Of a stretch of 64,000 bases of DNA, positions 1 to 10,600 are shown piece by piece; position 1 is the first letter of the stretch, and each line of letters opens with the position of its first letter. The notes below the pieces were generated by a model. It saw nothing but the letters and a program-made list of their open reading frames with translations. It was not told where the DNA came from and searched no databases. The stretch comes from Leptolyngbyaceae cyanobacterium (lineage in GTDB: Bacteria > Cyanobacteriota > Cyanobacteriia > Phormidesmidales > Phormidesmidaceae). The DNA lies in NCBI GenBank assembly GCA_965263355.1, contig CBDHHL010000056.1:896001-960000 (forward strand), read 5' to 3'. The position numbers were made by a program, and so were the translations under genes.

Positions 1-632
1 AAATGCAATTCTGTACAACCAACAATAACTGAATCAACCACATACTTTTTTCGTAAATGTTCTACAAAATGGCAGGCAGAACGAATTGATATATCATTAG
101 CCTTAACCTGATATATCATCTCATGAACAGCATCTTGATCAGCCTTATTTGGGGAAAGGATATAGGGTTCAGCCCTACCCCAAAGTGAGCTTCTCGGAAA
201 GATATCTAACTGACGTGTACCATTGGTACAAAGTAACAAATGGGTCGTTTTCCGAACAGCCACCTCACTAAGAATCGTATCAATCAAGCAAATCGTTCGG
301 TCTCGAAGATTAAGGGGAAGCTGGGGCAGCAAATAGTGACAGGTGATGCAACAAATGACAATTTTCGAAACCTTTAAATCATGCAAATAATTTAAAGCCT
401 CAATCAGTTTGCTCAGCAAAACATCGTAATTTCCAGTCAGTAATGCTTGAGTCCGATCGGGAAACGTCGGATCAGAATAGGTGACAACCCTGGGTGCCGC
501 CTGTTCACATTTTCCCCTAAGACCATAGGCATAAATTGTCTTGAGAAATTCTGCAGAGGCCAAGGGACCCATACCGCCTAAAATACCAAGCAGATCTGCT
601 TCTGATGTTGTTGTCGGCTGTAAATACTTCAC
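1..632 (-). CDS. Aspartate/glutamate racemase family protein (McyF-like), 3' end beyond the left window edge
   Basis: Not in the ORF track. Manual translation from GTG at 632 gives MKYLQPTTTSEADLLGILGGMGPLASAEFLKTIY...SDPTFPDRT...IVICCITCHY...IVGCTELH, open to position 1. The GxxGGMGP, first Cys and GCTE motifs of PLP-independent two-cysteine Asp/Glu racemases are present. Confidence 0.9.
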   Translation of the reverse strand, partial: MKYLQPTTTSEADLLGILGGMGPLASAEFLKTIYAYGLRGKCEQAAPRVVTYSDPTFPDRTQALLTGNYDVLLSKLIEALNYLHDLKVSKIVICCITCHYLLPQLPLNLRDRTICLIDTILSEVAVRKTTHLLLCTNGTRQLDIFPRSSLWGRAEPYILSPNKADQDAVHEMIYQVKANDISIRSACHFVEHLRKKYVVDSVIVGCTELH

Positions 633-695
633 ATTAGATCCGCCAGATAATTTAAACCTTACCCTGCCCAGAACGGTCGTTCTTCCAGTATTGGA

Positions 696-1511
696 CTACA
701 CACTTTGCATTAACCTAGGCTCTTCTAAAGCATCCTTATGTAAAGCCTCGATTGCTAGACAATTGCGACTAACTAAAAACTCTGGACGACGATTTTCAGT
801 TTTTACAGGTACATTTTCAACACTGTTGTAGGTAATAATGACAATATTGCGAGAAAATGGCGAAATATTATTAGCTGACCCATGAATACAGTTAGGGTGA
901 AACAGTAAAACTGACCCTGGTGCACCAGTAGGCGCAATGATGCCATGTTTATGCACTAGTTCCGTCACAGTTTGATGGGGCAGCACATACTTCAGATCAG
1001 CACTGACATTTGCCTCCCAGCCGTCACCTCGAGCACCAACCTGAATTTTTCCTTCCCGATGGGAATCGGGAATTAGAAATAAAGGCCCATTAAACTGATT
1101 CACCTCATCTAGAAAGATAAGAATATTCAAAGCCCTCGGCGCTAGCATCCCATCTTCTTCGGCCCAAAAGATAAAGTCCTGATGCCAGGGCCAGGAGTCT
1201 CCAGAAAAAGAGGCTTTCGTATTAATCTTGAACTGGTAAACGTAAACTTGGCTTGCCAAAATTTGAATAGCTGGTTGAACCAATCGAGGCAACCGAGTGA
1301 GATCGCTCAAAATGCGATTACGGGCGTGGCTTCCATGGAGAGCCCGTACGGTTTTTCCACTTTTTTCAAAAACCCGTCCAACGTTGTCTTTTTGGATAAG
1401 AGAAGGGATTTCCGATCTGAGTAATTCAATTTCAGCAGATGAGAAATAGTTGGACAAAAAAAGATATCCATGCTGCTGATAAAATTTTAAGTCTTCATCA
1501 GTTAAAAACAT
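696..1511 (-). CDS. Fe(II)/2-oxoglutarate dioxygenase, PhyH/EctD family; L-proline trans-4-hydroxylase-like
   Basis: HxD...H facial triad (WPWHQDFIFW ... IHGSANN) and QFKINxK motif. From memory it resembles Dactylosporangium proline 4-hydroxylase along its whole length (KTVRALHG, WAEEDGM, SADLKY, RPEFL). Confidence 0.88.
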   Translation of the reverse strand: MFLTDEDLKFYQQHGYLFLSNYFSSAEIELLRSEIPSLIQKDNVGRVFEKSGKTVRALHGSHARNRILSDLTRLPRLVQPAIQILASQVYVYQFKINTKASFSGDSWPWHQDFIFWAEEDGMLAPRALNILIFLDEVNQFNGPLFLIPDSHREGKIQVGARGDGWEANVSADLKYVLPHQTVTELVHKHGIIAPTGAPGSVLLFHPNCIHGSANNISPFSRNIVIITYNSVENVPVKTENRRPEFLVSRNCLAIEALHKDALEEPRLMQSV

Positions 1512-1623
1512 ACATCTGCCTCTTAGTCGTTAACTTGCATGGAATATAAATTGGCTGAACTGCCCCTGAGCAACCTGTCAAATTCCTAAGAAAGTCTTTG
1601 ACTGCTGAGTATACATAGAAGGG

Positions 1624-4600
1624 CTACGGTTTATCTTTACCCCATAATTCCTCCTTAAGATTATCGGGAACAATCAGCGTCCCGTCAGCAGAACGCTGTA
1701 TTTTCCGTCGTCTCCGCTTTGGAATTAGATTGCTAGTTGTCGACTCTGTATTCTTTTTACCCTGCTGATGGTCTGCAACTATCTGCGCCAGAGCAGCAAC
1801 AGTAGGGGATTCAAAAAATGTTCGAAGCGATAGCTCTAAGCCAAACGTTTGACTTATACGTGCGACAACTTGGGTTGCTTGTAATGAATGTCCTCCCAAG
1901 GCAAAAAAGCTATCGTGGATATCAATAGAATCCTGTTTTAGGATATCGCCCATGATATTTGCCAGACTAATCTCAGTAGGGTTGCGAGGAGGGACAGATA
2001 GGGGACGACGTATGGTGAATTCTGGGTCTGGCAAAGCATTGCGGTCAACCTTGCCACTTGCAGTCAGCGGGAGAGATGTTAACTCCATATAGACAGAAGG
2101 AATCAAATGAGCAGGCAACTGCTTGAGTAAATAGGTATTGAGCTGATCTCGATCAATGCCTTGGGGGGTCTTAGGAACAATGTAAGCCACTAAAACCTGG
2201 TTTCCGTCTGGATTAATACGACCAACAATAACAGTCTGACCAACGTCTGGATGCTGATGGAGTCTGGATTCAATTTCTCCAGGTTGAACCCGTGTACCTC
2301 GAATTTTTAGCTGACCATCCAATCGATCTAAAACTTCTAAACTGCCATCTGGCAAGTAACGCCCCTGATCGCCTGTGTAATACAGTAAATCTTCCTGATC
2401 GCTGCGGAAAGGATTGGGTACAAAGCAAGGGTTTGAAGTAGCTGATGTATTGATATAGCCAAATGTTCGAAAGGGTGTACGCACCACAATTTCGCCAATT
2501 TCGCCGATGCCACAGGGTTGGTTAACAGCCCTCAATACTAAATTTTGAGTCTGAGGCAACGGCCACCCTACTGACTGTATGCCTGGTCGCACTTGCTCAG
2601 GAATCGGGTAATAGGACTTAACCATGGTTGTTTCCGTAGCCCCATAAAGATTAATCAGCTTGCCAGATCCTGGGAAAGCTTGCTTCCATTGGCCAATGAG
2701 CGTATCCGTTAAAGGTTCACCTGAAAAGAATGTGGCCCGTAAGGTAGATAGCGTAACGTCATTGGGTGCATTTGAAATCCAGTACTGGGCAACTGTGGGT
2801 ACTGTATGAATAACAGAAATCTTTTCATTCTCAAGCCATCTCAAGAGATGTTCACTACTGACCTCATCATCTGGCGGTAAGCAAAGGGTTGCCCCGCTGG
2901 TTAGGGGTAAGAAAATATCCCGCAACAGCGCATCAAAGGATAATCGAATTAATTGAGCAACCCGATCCCCAGGCCCCACCTGGAAGGTTTCTCGCTGCCA
3001 ATCAACAAAATGGGCAATTCCTTTATGGGAGCCCATTACCCCTTTAGGCATTCCAGTACTGCCAGACGTGAAGAAAATATATGCTGGTTGTTCACCATGC
3101 ACGTGAGGGAGTGACCTATGGATATCATCAACACTGTGATTTTCTTGGGGAGAACGCTTGTCCACAGGCTTAATATCTGAGCCAGCCAGTAATTTAATGG
3201 ATGCTGACAACCAATCCTTGGGAGATTCCGAATCCAGCGCGATTAGATAACCAACATTAGCTGCTTGCACCATGAGTTGAAGGCGTTGTGTTGGCAAGTT
3301 TGGATCAAGCGTCAGCAAGACGGAGCCACTTAGAAGAATGCCAACAATATGAACAATTAATTCAAAGCACCGATTCCCATAAACCGCTACTACATCTCCT
3401 GTCTTAACTCCTGCCTTAATAAGATTCTCTGCCACATGTTCAGCATAGTTAAATAACTGCTGATAGGTCCAGCTTTGCTCTGCTTGAGTAATAGCAATGT
3501 GCTCTGGCTGTTGATTGGACCAACTCCTAATCAGATCCGTAATAGGAGAAAATTGAGGCTCCTCCAAAGGTAGAACTGGATCAGGTAGCAATGATTTAGT
3601 TTTAGGTGTGAGTAAGGAATAGTTCTGAATAGGCTGGTCTGGCAATAACACAATTTGTTCCAGGAGTGCTTTGAATTGATCCAGGAAAATCTCCATGCGT
3701 TCAGCCGAAAAGAGCGAGCGTCGATAAACTAACTCCAGTGTCAGACCAGTACTTTCATCATCTCTCGGTTCATATACATACAGTGTTATCCAGAACTTAG
3801 ACTCTAGCTCCGGCATCTCCAGCATTTCAAATTCCAAACCTTCCATTTCCAGCGCTGTTGCTGTGGGCTGCATCAGGTTTAGCATGACATCAAATATAGG
3901 ATGACGCTCAAGGGAACGCTCTGGCTGCAGGATTTTTACTAGTTGTTCGAAGGGCACATCCTGATTGCTATAAGCTGCAAGCGTCACTTCCCGAACATGA
4001 CTTAATAAGTCTTGGAATGTTGTTATTCCTGACAAATCAACACGAATTGGTAGTGTATTAATAAAGAATCCAATCAGATCAGTCGTTCCTGGGTGCTGAC
4101 GGCCCGCAATCGGTGTCCCTATAATGATGTCAGTCTGATCGGTCTGACGGGAAAGTAAAAGGTTAAATGCTGCTAACAATGCCATGAAGAGCGTAACATT
4201 CTCGCGTTGGCTTAACGCTTTAAGCTTCTGACTAAGAGATACTGACAGCAGACAGGAACACCTTGCCCCTTCGTTGTTTATTTTCTTTAAATTGGTGGAG
4301 TCTGTTGGCAACCTCAAAACAGGTAAATCTCCTGACAGGTGCTGTTTCCAGTAACTCAATTGTGAATCTAGGGTGTCGCTGAGTACATGGCGTTGCCAGT
4401 AAGCATAGTCAGCATACTGATTGACTAAGGGAACTAAAGGAGATATTTGTCGTTGTTGATAAGCACCGTAAAGAGTCACAAATTCTCGAATCAAGATTTC
4501 ACTTGACCAGCCATCAAAGATGGCATGGTGCAGTGTCAGCAGTAAAACATTAGATTGTGGGGTTAAGCGTAGCAGTCGCAAGCGTAACAAGGGTCCTTTA

Positions 4601-7600
4601 GCAAGACTAAATGGAGCTTGAGCTTCTGCATTAATACTTTGCTGTAGTATCTCAGGGTGTTGCTCAGCTGAACTATTACTTAAGTCTTCAATTGGAATTG
4701 ATAAATCAGAAATAGGGGCGATTGCCTGGATTGGTTTTCCTTCCACCATTGGAAAGGTAGTCCGTAAACTTTCATGACGCGCGATCACTCCGCTCAGGGC
4801 AGATTCCAATGCAACAATATCAATCTGACCTGTAATCTTCAACGCTACAGGAATACTATAGGCCGCATTTGAACCATCTAGCTGCTCCAGAAACCAGAGC
4901 CGTTCCTGGGACCAGCTCAGGGGCAATGGGATATCAGCATCTCGGGGGACGGCAGTCATGGGAGCAATCGCCCGTCTTGACTGTCCAGTCAGAGCTTGCT
5001 GAATTCGCTGATCCAGTTCAGCTACAGTAGGGGCTTCAAATAGTTCACGTAATGGCAATTCAAGCTGGAAGGTGTCTCGCAGTTTGGCAATTGCTTGAGT
5101 CGCCAACAAAGAATGTCCTCCCAACTCGAAGAAGCTACTGTGGATACTAATAGAATCTAGCCCTAGCACCGAAGCAAAAATGGTGGCAATGCTCTCCTCA
5201 GTAGGGGTGCGAGGGGCCATGAAGTCTCCATCTAAGTTTGGTTCAAACGTTGGCACAGGAAGTGCCTTGCGATCTACCTTGCCATTGGGGGTTAGAGGCA
5301 GGGTCTCTAACTGCACAAAAGCACTCGGCAACATGTAGGTTGGTAATTGCCCCGTAAGAAAGTCCCGTAACTCTCCTGACGTAAGTTGATTGTCTTGACT
5401 AACTACATAAGCAACTAACTGTGGGTCTGCTTGATTATCATCTCGAGCAATGACAATAACCTGTTGAACTTTGGGATGGCTAGATAAGATAGACTCGATT
5501 TCCCCAAGCTCAATGCGGAAACCGCGAATCTTTACTTGGTGATCAAGGCGGCCCAAAAATTCAATCTTGCCATCCACCAAATATCGGGTTAAATCTCCGG
5601 TTTTGTAAAGGCGACCTGAGCCAAAAGGATTAGGAATAAATTTCTGAGCCGTTAATTCTGGACGATTGCGGTAGCCACGGGCTACTCCATCACCGCCAAT
5701 ATACAGTTCTCCCACAACTCCAATAGGCACTGGTTGCAGCTGAGCATCCAGAATATAGAGCTGAGTATTAGCAATAGGACGACCAATAGGAATAGATGTT
5801 GTCAGGTGATCATTGGGGCTAACGTCATAAGTACAGCATCCAACTACAGTCTCAGTGGGGCCATATTCGTTGATAAGTCTTGTCTCTGGCGCATGGGTCA
5901 ACCAGGGAGAAATAATATCGTTCGTTAGTGCTTCTCCGCCAATCACAAAAGCTTGGGTCTGATGAGCTAGCTTTTCTGCTGGCAGAAGAAAAGCGAGAAG
6001 CTTTAGATGGGCAGGTGTTAGTTTGACTAGGCTCAATCGCTCACTAGATTGTAAGGCCGTTGCCAATGCCTCAATATCGGAGTCTGCTGAGAGTAAAAAT
6101 ACCGTTTGTCCCACCAAAAGAGGGGAAAATAAGCCCGTAATGGTAGCATCAAAACCTATTGAAGAATGTACCAGCGCTCCAATTCCTTTTGAATTAAAGT
6201 AAGTGGTTACACACCAGTAAAGGTAATTGGTTAAACCCTGATGGTTAATCTCAACGCCTTTGGGTTGACCTGTTGATCCCGAAGTGTAAATGACGTAGGC
6301 CAAATTGTCTGGGTGTACATCACATGCTACAGGTTCGGTACTGCATGCAGCAATTTTGGACTCATCTCTACCTAGACAAACCACCTGACTATCGTGGGAG
6401 GGCAGTCCTGCCATCAACGTTTCTTGAGTCAGTAACACTGGCGCAGCAGCATCTTGCAACATGTAAAGGAGCCGCTGCTTTGGATAGTTAGGATCAAGGG
6501 GAACATAGGCTCCACCTGCCTTGAGAATTCCCAACAGGCCGACCATCATGTCGAGGGAACGCTCTAAATACAGCCCCACCAATGTCTCCGGTTTTACCCC
6601 TAGTTGCTTTAAATAGTGGGCCAACTGGTTCGCTCGCTGATTTAGCTCTCGGTAAGTTAAATGTTGTGAGCCTAGCGTTACGGCTACAGCATCTGGGGTC
6701 TTTTTTACCTGAGTTTCAAACAATTGATGAATACATTGAGTGTGAGGATACTCAACAGTTGTATCGTTCCACTCGACTAACAACTGATTTCGTTCCTGTG
6801 GCGTCAACAATGGTAATCGCGACACTGACATCTCTGGGGCCGCCACTACTGACTCTAACAACTGCTGCAAATGCCCTGACAGTCGGGCAATAGTCTTGGC
6901 TTCAAACAAATCAGTGCTGTACTCCCAGCTACCCACCAACCCTGACTCTGTTAACTGCATCGACAGCGTCAGATCAAACTTTGTGGTCAGCGTATCTGGT
7001 GCCAATGATGTTAAGGCTAACCCAGGCAACTCCAGAACTTCTTCAGGGGTATTTTGAAACACAAACATCACTTGAAACAGTGGTGCATGACTCAACGAGC
7101 GCTCAGGCTGTAATGCCTCCACTATCTGTTCAAACGGTGCTTCTTGATGGGCATAGCTATCTAAGGTTATCTCACGGACTTGACGTAAAACCTCAGCAAA
7201 ACTCAAATCGTTCTCTAACTGCAAGCGCAACACTAGGGTGTTAGTAAAAAAGCCGATCAGTGGCTCAATTTCGGCACGATTACGATTGGCAATAGGAGAA
7301 CCGATGAGAATATCAGATTGACCACTATAGCGGTAGAGCAATGTCCCAAATCCTGCTAACAGAGTCATGAACAATGTCACACCTGAGCTTTGACTCAACT
7401 TTTCTAACTGTTGTGTTAACTGAGCACTAAAGTGGAAGTCTTGACAGGCACCTTGATGACTTTGTAATGCAGGTCTGGGATAGTCTGTCGGTAACTGCAG
7501 CAGGTTGGGGGGACTGGCTAACTGTTTTCGCCAATAGGCTAGCTGTTGTTCTAAAACATTTCCTTGTAACCAAAGCTGTTGCCATAGGACATAATCCCCA

Positions 7601-10600
7601 TATTGGACAGGTAGGGGAGCAATACCCAAGTCTTGACCTGCCAACACAGCCTGATATGCTGTAGCGACTTCTCGAATCAGAACGCTGATAGACCAACCAT
7701 CGGCAATAATATGATGCAAGGTGACCAGCAGTAGTGCTTCTTCTGTGGAATGCTGCAATAGTTTTACTCGTAACAAAGGACCTGCAGCTAGATCAAAAGG
7801 GGCCCGAGCTTCTTCCTGGATTGCCCGTTGGATATGTTTCTGCCATTCATCTGAATTTAGCGCAAACCATTCTTCTCGTTTGACCGCCACAGTCTGATTT
7901 GGAACTATTTCTTGAACTGGTAAACCTGCCACCGCAGGAAAACGAGTTCTCAATATCTCATGGCGTTCAACCAGAGTCTTAAATGCTTGTTCCAGGGCGT
8001 CTACATTTAAGCTACCTGTGAGGTGTAGCGCTGCAGGCATATTGTAAGTTGCTGCTGTGCCCTCCTCCAGTTGATTTAAGAACCACAAACGCTCTTGAGC
8101 CCAAGAGAGGGGAAGATGTTGACCTTCTCTGGGGAGAGGAGTGACTTTGGGAAGCGTAAGGCCTGAATTCTCCTGACGCAATTGCTGCACACATTGGTCT
8201 AATTCAAAGATGGTGGGTGCTTCAAACAGAATGCGTAGGGGAATTTCCAGTTCGAAAGTCTGTCGTAGGCGAGAAATGAGCTGGGTTGCCAATAAAGAAT
8301 GTCCTCCAAGCTCGAAGAAGGACTGGTGAATACCTACAGGATGAACCTTGAGAATGGAGCTGAATAAATCTGCAATCAGTTCTTGGCTAGGTGACTGCGG
8401 CGTAACCAACGTCTCAATGCTATTCAGATTTGGATCGGGTGCAGGGAGAGCTTTTCGATCCACTTTGCCATTGGGCGTTAGGGGAAGGGCTGCCAGCTGA
8501 ACAAATGCACTGGGAATCATATAGTCTGGCAGCTTGGTCTTGAGCAGTTGCCTGAGGTCTACAGGCTCTAGCTGGGTATCTGAGTTAACGATATAGGCGA
8601 CTAGTCGCTTGTCCCCTGGTTGATCTTCTCGGGCAATGACGACAACCTGGTTGACCTCAGGATGGTGGGATAATGCTGCTTCAATTTCTCCAAGCTCAAT
8701 GCGGAAACCACGAAGTTTAACCTGATGGTCAATCCGTCCAAGATATTCAATATTGCCGTCTTGCAAGTAACGGGCTAAATCTCCTGTTTTGTAGAGACGA
8801 CCGGGGCCAAATGGGTTAGAGATAAATTTCTCGTTGGTTAATTTAGGTCGATTTAAATATCCTCGGGCTAAACTGACACCGCCAATGTGCAGTTCGCCTG
8901 CTACGCCAATGGGAACTGGCTGCTGCTGTGAATCTAGCAGGTAAATTTGAGTATTGGCAATGGGATACCCAATGGGTGGATTACTGGACCATTGGGCCGG
9001 GGATTCGGGCAAGATATATGAAGTGACTACATGGGTTTCAGACGGACCATAGTGATTATGAAAAACACAGTGATCGAGCTGGGAGAAGAGGTCGATCATT
9101 TGTGGAGTCACCTGTAGTTGTTCCCCGGTTGCGATCGCTTCCGTCAACTTAGAAAACAATAAAGGCCGATCACCATACACCTCAGCTAGCTTCTGCCAAA
9201 GGACAACGGGCAAAATTGCCTTTTGAATCGGATTTTCAGCCAAAAAGTGTACCAGTTTATCCAGATCCAGCCGATGGTCTTCGGGAATGAGAAATAACGT
9301 CCCTCCAGAACACCAAGCCGCGAACATTTCATGGAAGCTAGCATCAAAACTAAGGGAGGCAAACTGGAGAATTCCAACGCCCACATCCATCGTCTGTAAA
9401 TGCCAGTGAATCAGATTTGTCAGGGCTCTGTGAGCTAGCGCAATGCCCTTTGGTACCCCGGTAGAGCCAGACGTATAAATGACGTAAAGCAAATTATCCG
9501 CCTGCACCGCTGACGTTACATTGTCAGTAGACTCAACAGACATTAATGGCCACTGGGTATCCAGACAAATCGTACTGACCGTTGAAGACGGTAAAGATTG
9601 CAACAACGATTGCTGGGTCAATAAAAGCTCCACCCCTGAGTCTTGGAGCATATGACTCAGACGCTCATTGGGATAATTGGGATCCAGGGGTACATAGGCC
9701 CCCCCCGCCTTGAGAATCCCCAACACCCCCACCACCATCTCCAGGGAGCGATCCACACAAATTCCCACCCGCGACTCTGGCTTTACTCCTTGGTTTTGCA
9801 AATAGCGGGCCAGCTGATTGGCCCGCTCATTCAACTGCCGATAGGTCAATGATTCTGCTTCAAATACCACCGCCACGGCATCGGGGCTGCGCTCCACTTG
9901 AGCTTCCATTAACCGATGCACACAATGTTCTGGACCATAGTCCACGGTGGTGTCATTCCAACCCTCTAGCAGTTGATGACGCTCTTCCGCAGTCAATATC
10001 GGTAACCGAGAAATGCTCGCAGTCGGCTGGCTGACAACCCCACGCAATAACGTTTGAAAATGATCCAACCACCGCTCTAGGGTGGTTCCTTCATACAAGT
10101 CAGAGTTATAATCGCCGTCTAGGACCAGCCGGTCACCCAAATCAATCAGGTTGCAATGTAGCTCATAGGGAGCATAGTGAATGGGACGCGCCGACAACTC
10201 AGCGGTTAATTCTGGTAGCGGCGCTAACTGCACTGGCGCTTCCAAATTAAATGTGGCTGAGACCAACGGCGTACGACTGAGGTCAGGCGGAAGCTGCAGC
10301 TGACTCAACAACTCGGCAAAGGGATACTGTTGATGCTCGTAGGCCGAGATCAGGGTATAACGCACCCGAGCCAGATACTCCCCAAAGGACTCATCAGCTC
10401 TATAGTGACTATAAATCGGCAGCAAATGAGCCCCGTAACCCACCATGCCACCACTGTCAGGCATAGAGCGACCGCTACTAGGCACGCCGACAATTATTTC
10501 AGTTTGACCACTCAGACGATGTAGCAGCAGTAGATACACCGCTAGCAACACCATAAAGAGTGTACAGTTTTGCTGACGGGCTAATTGCTGCAGCGGACCG

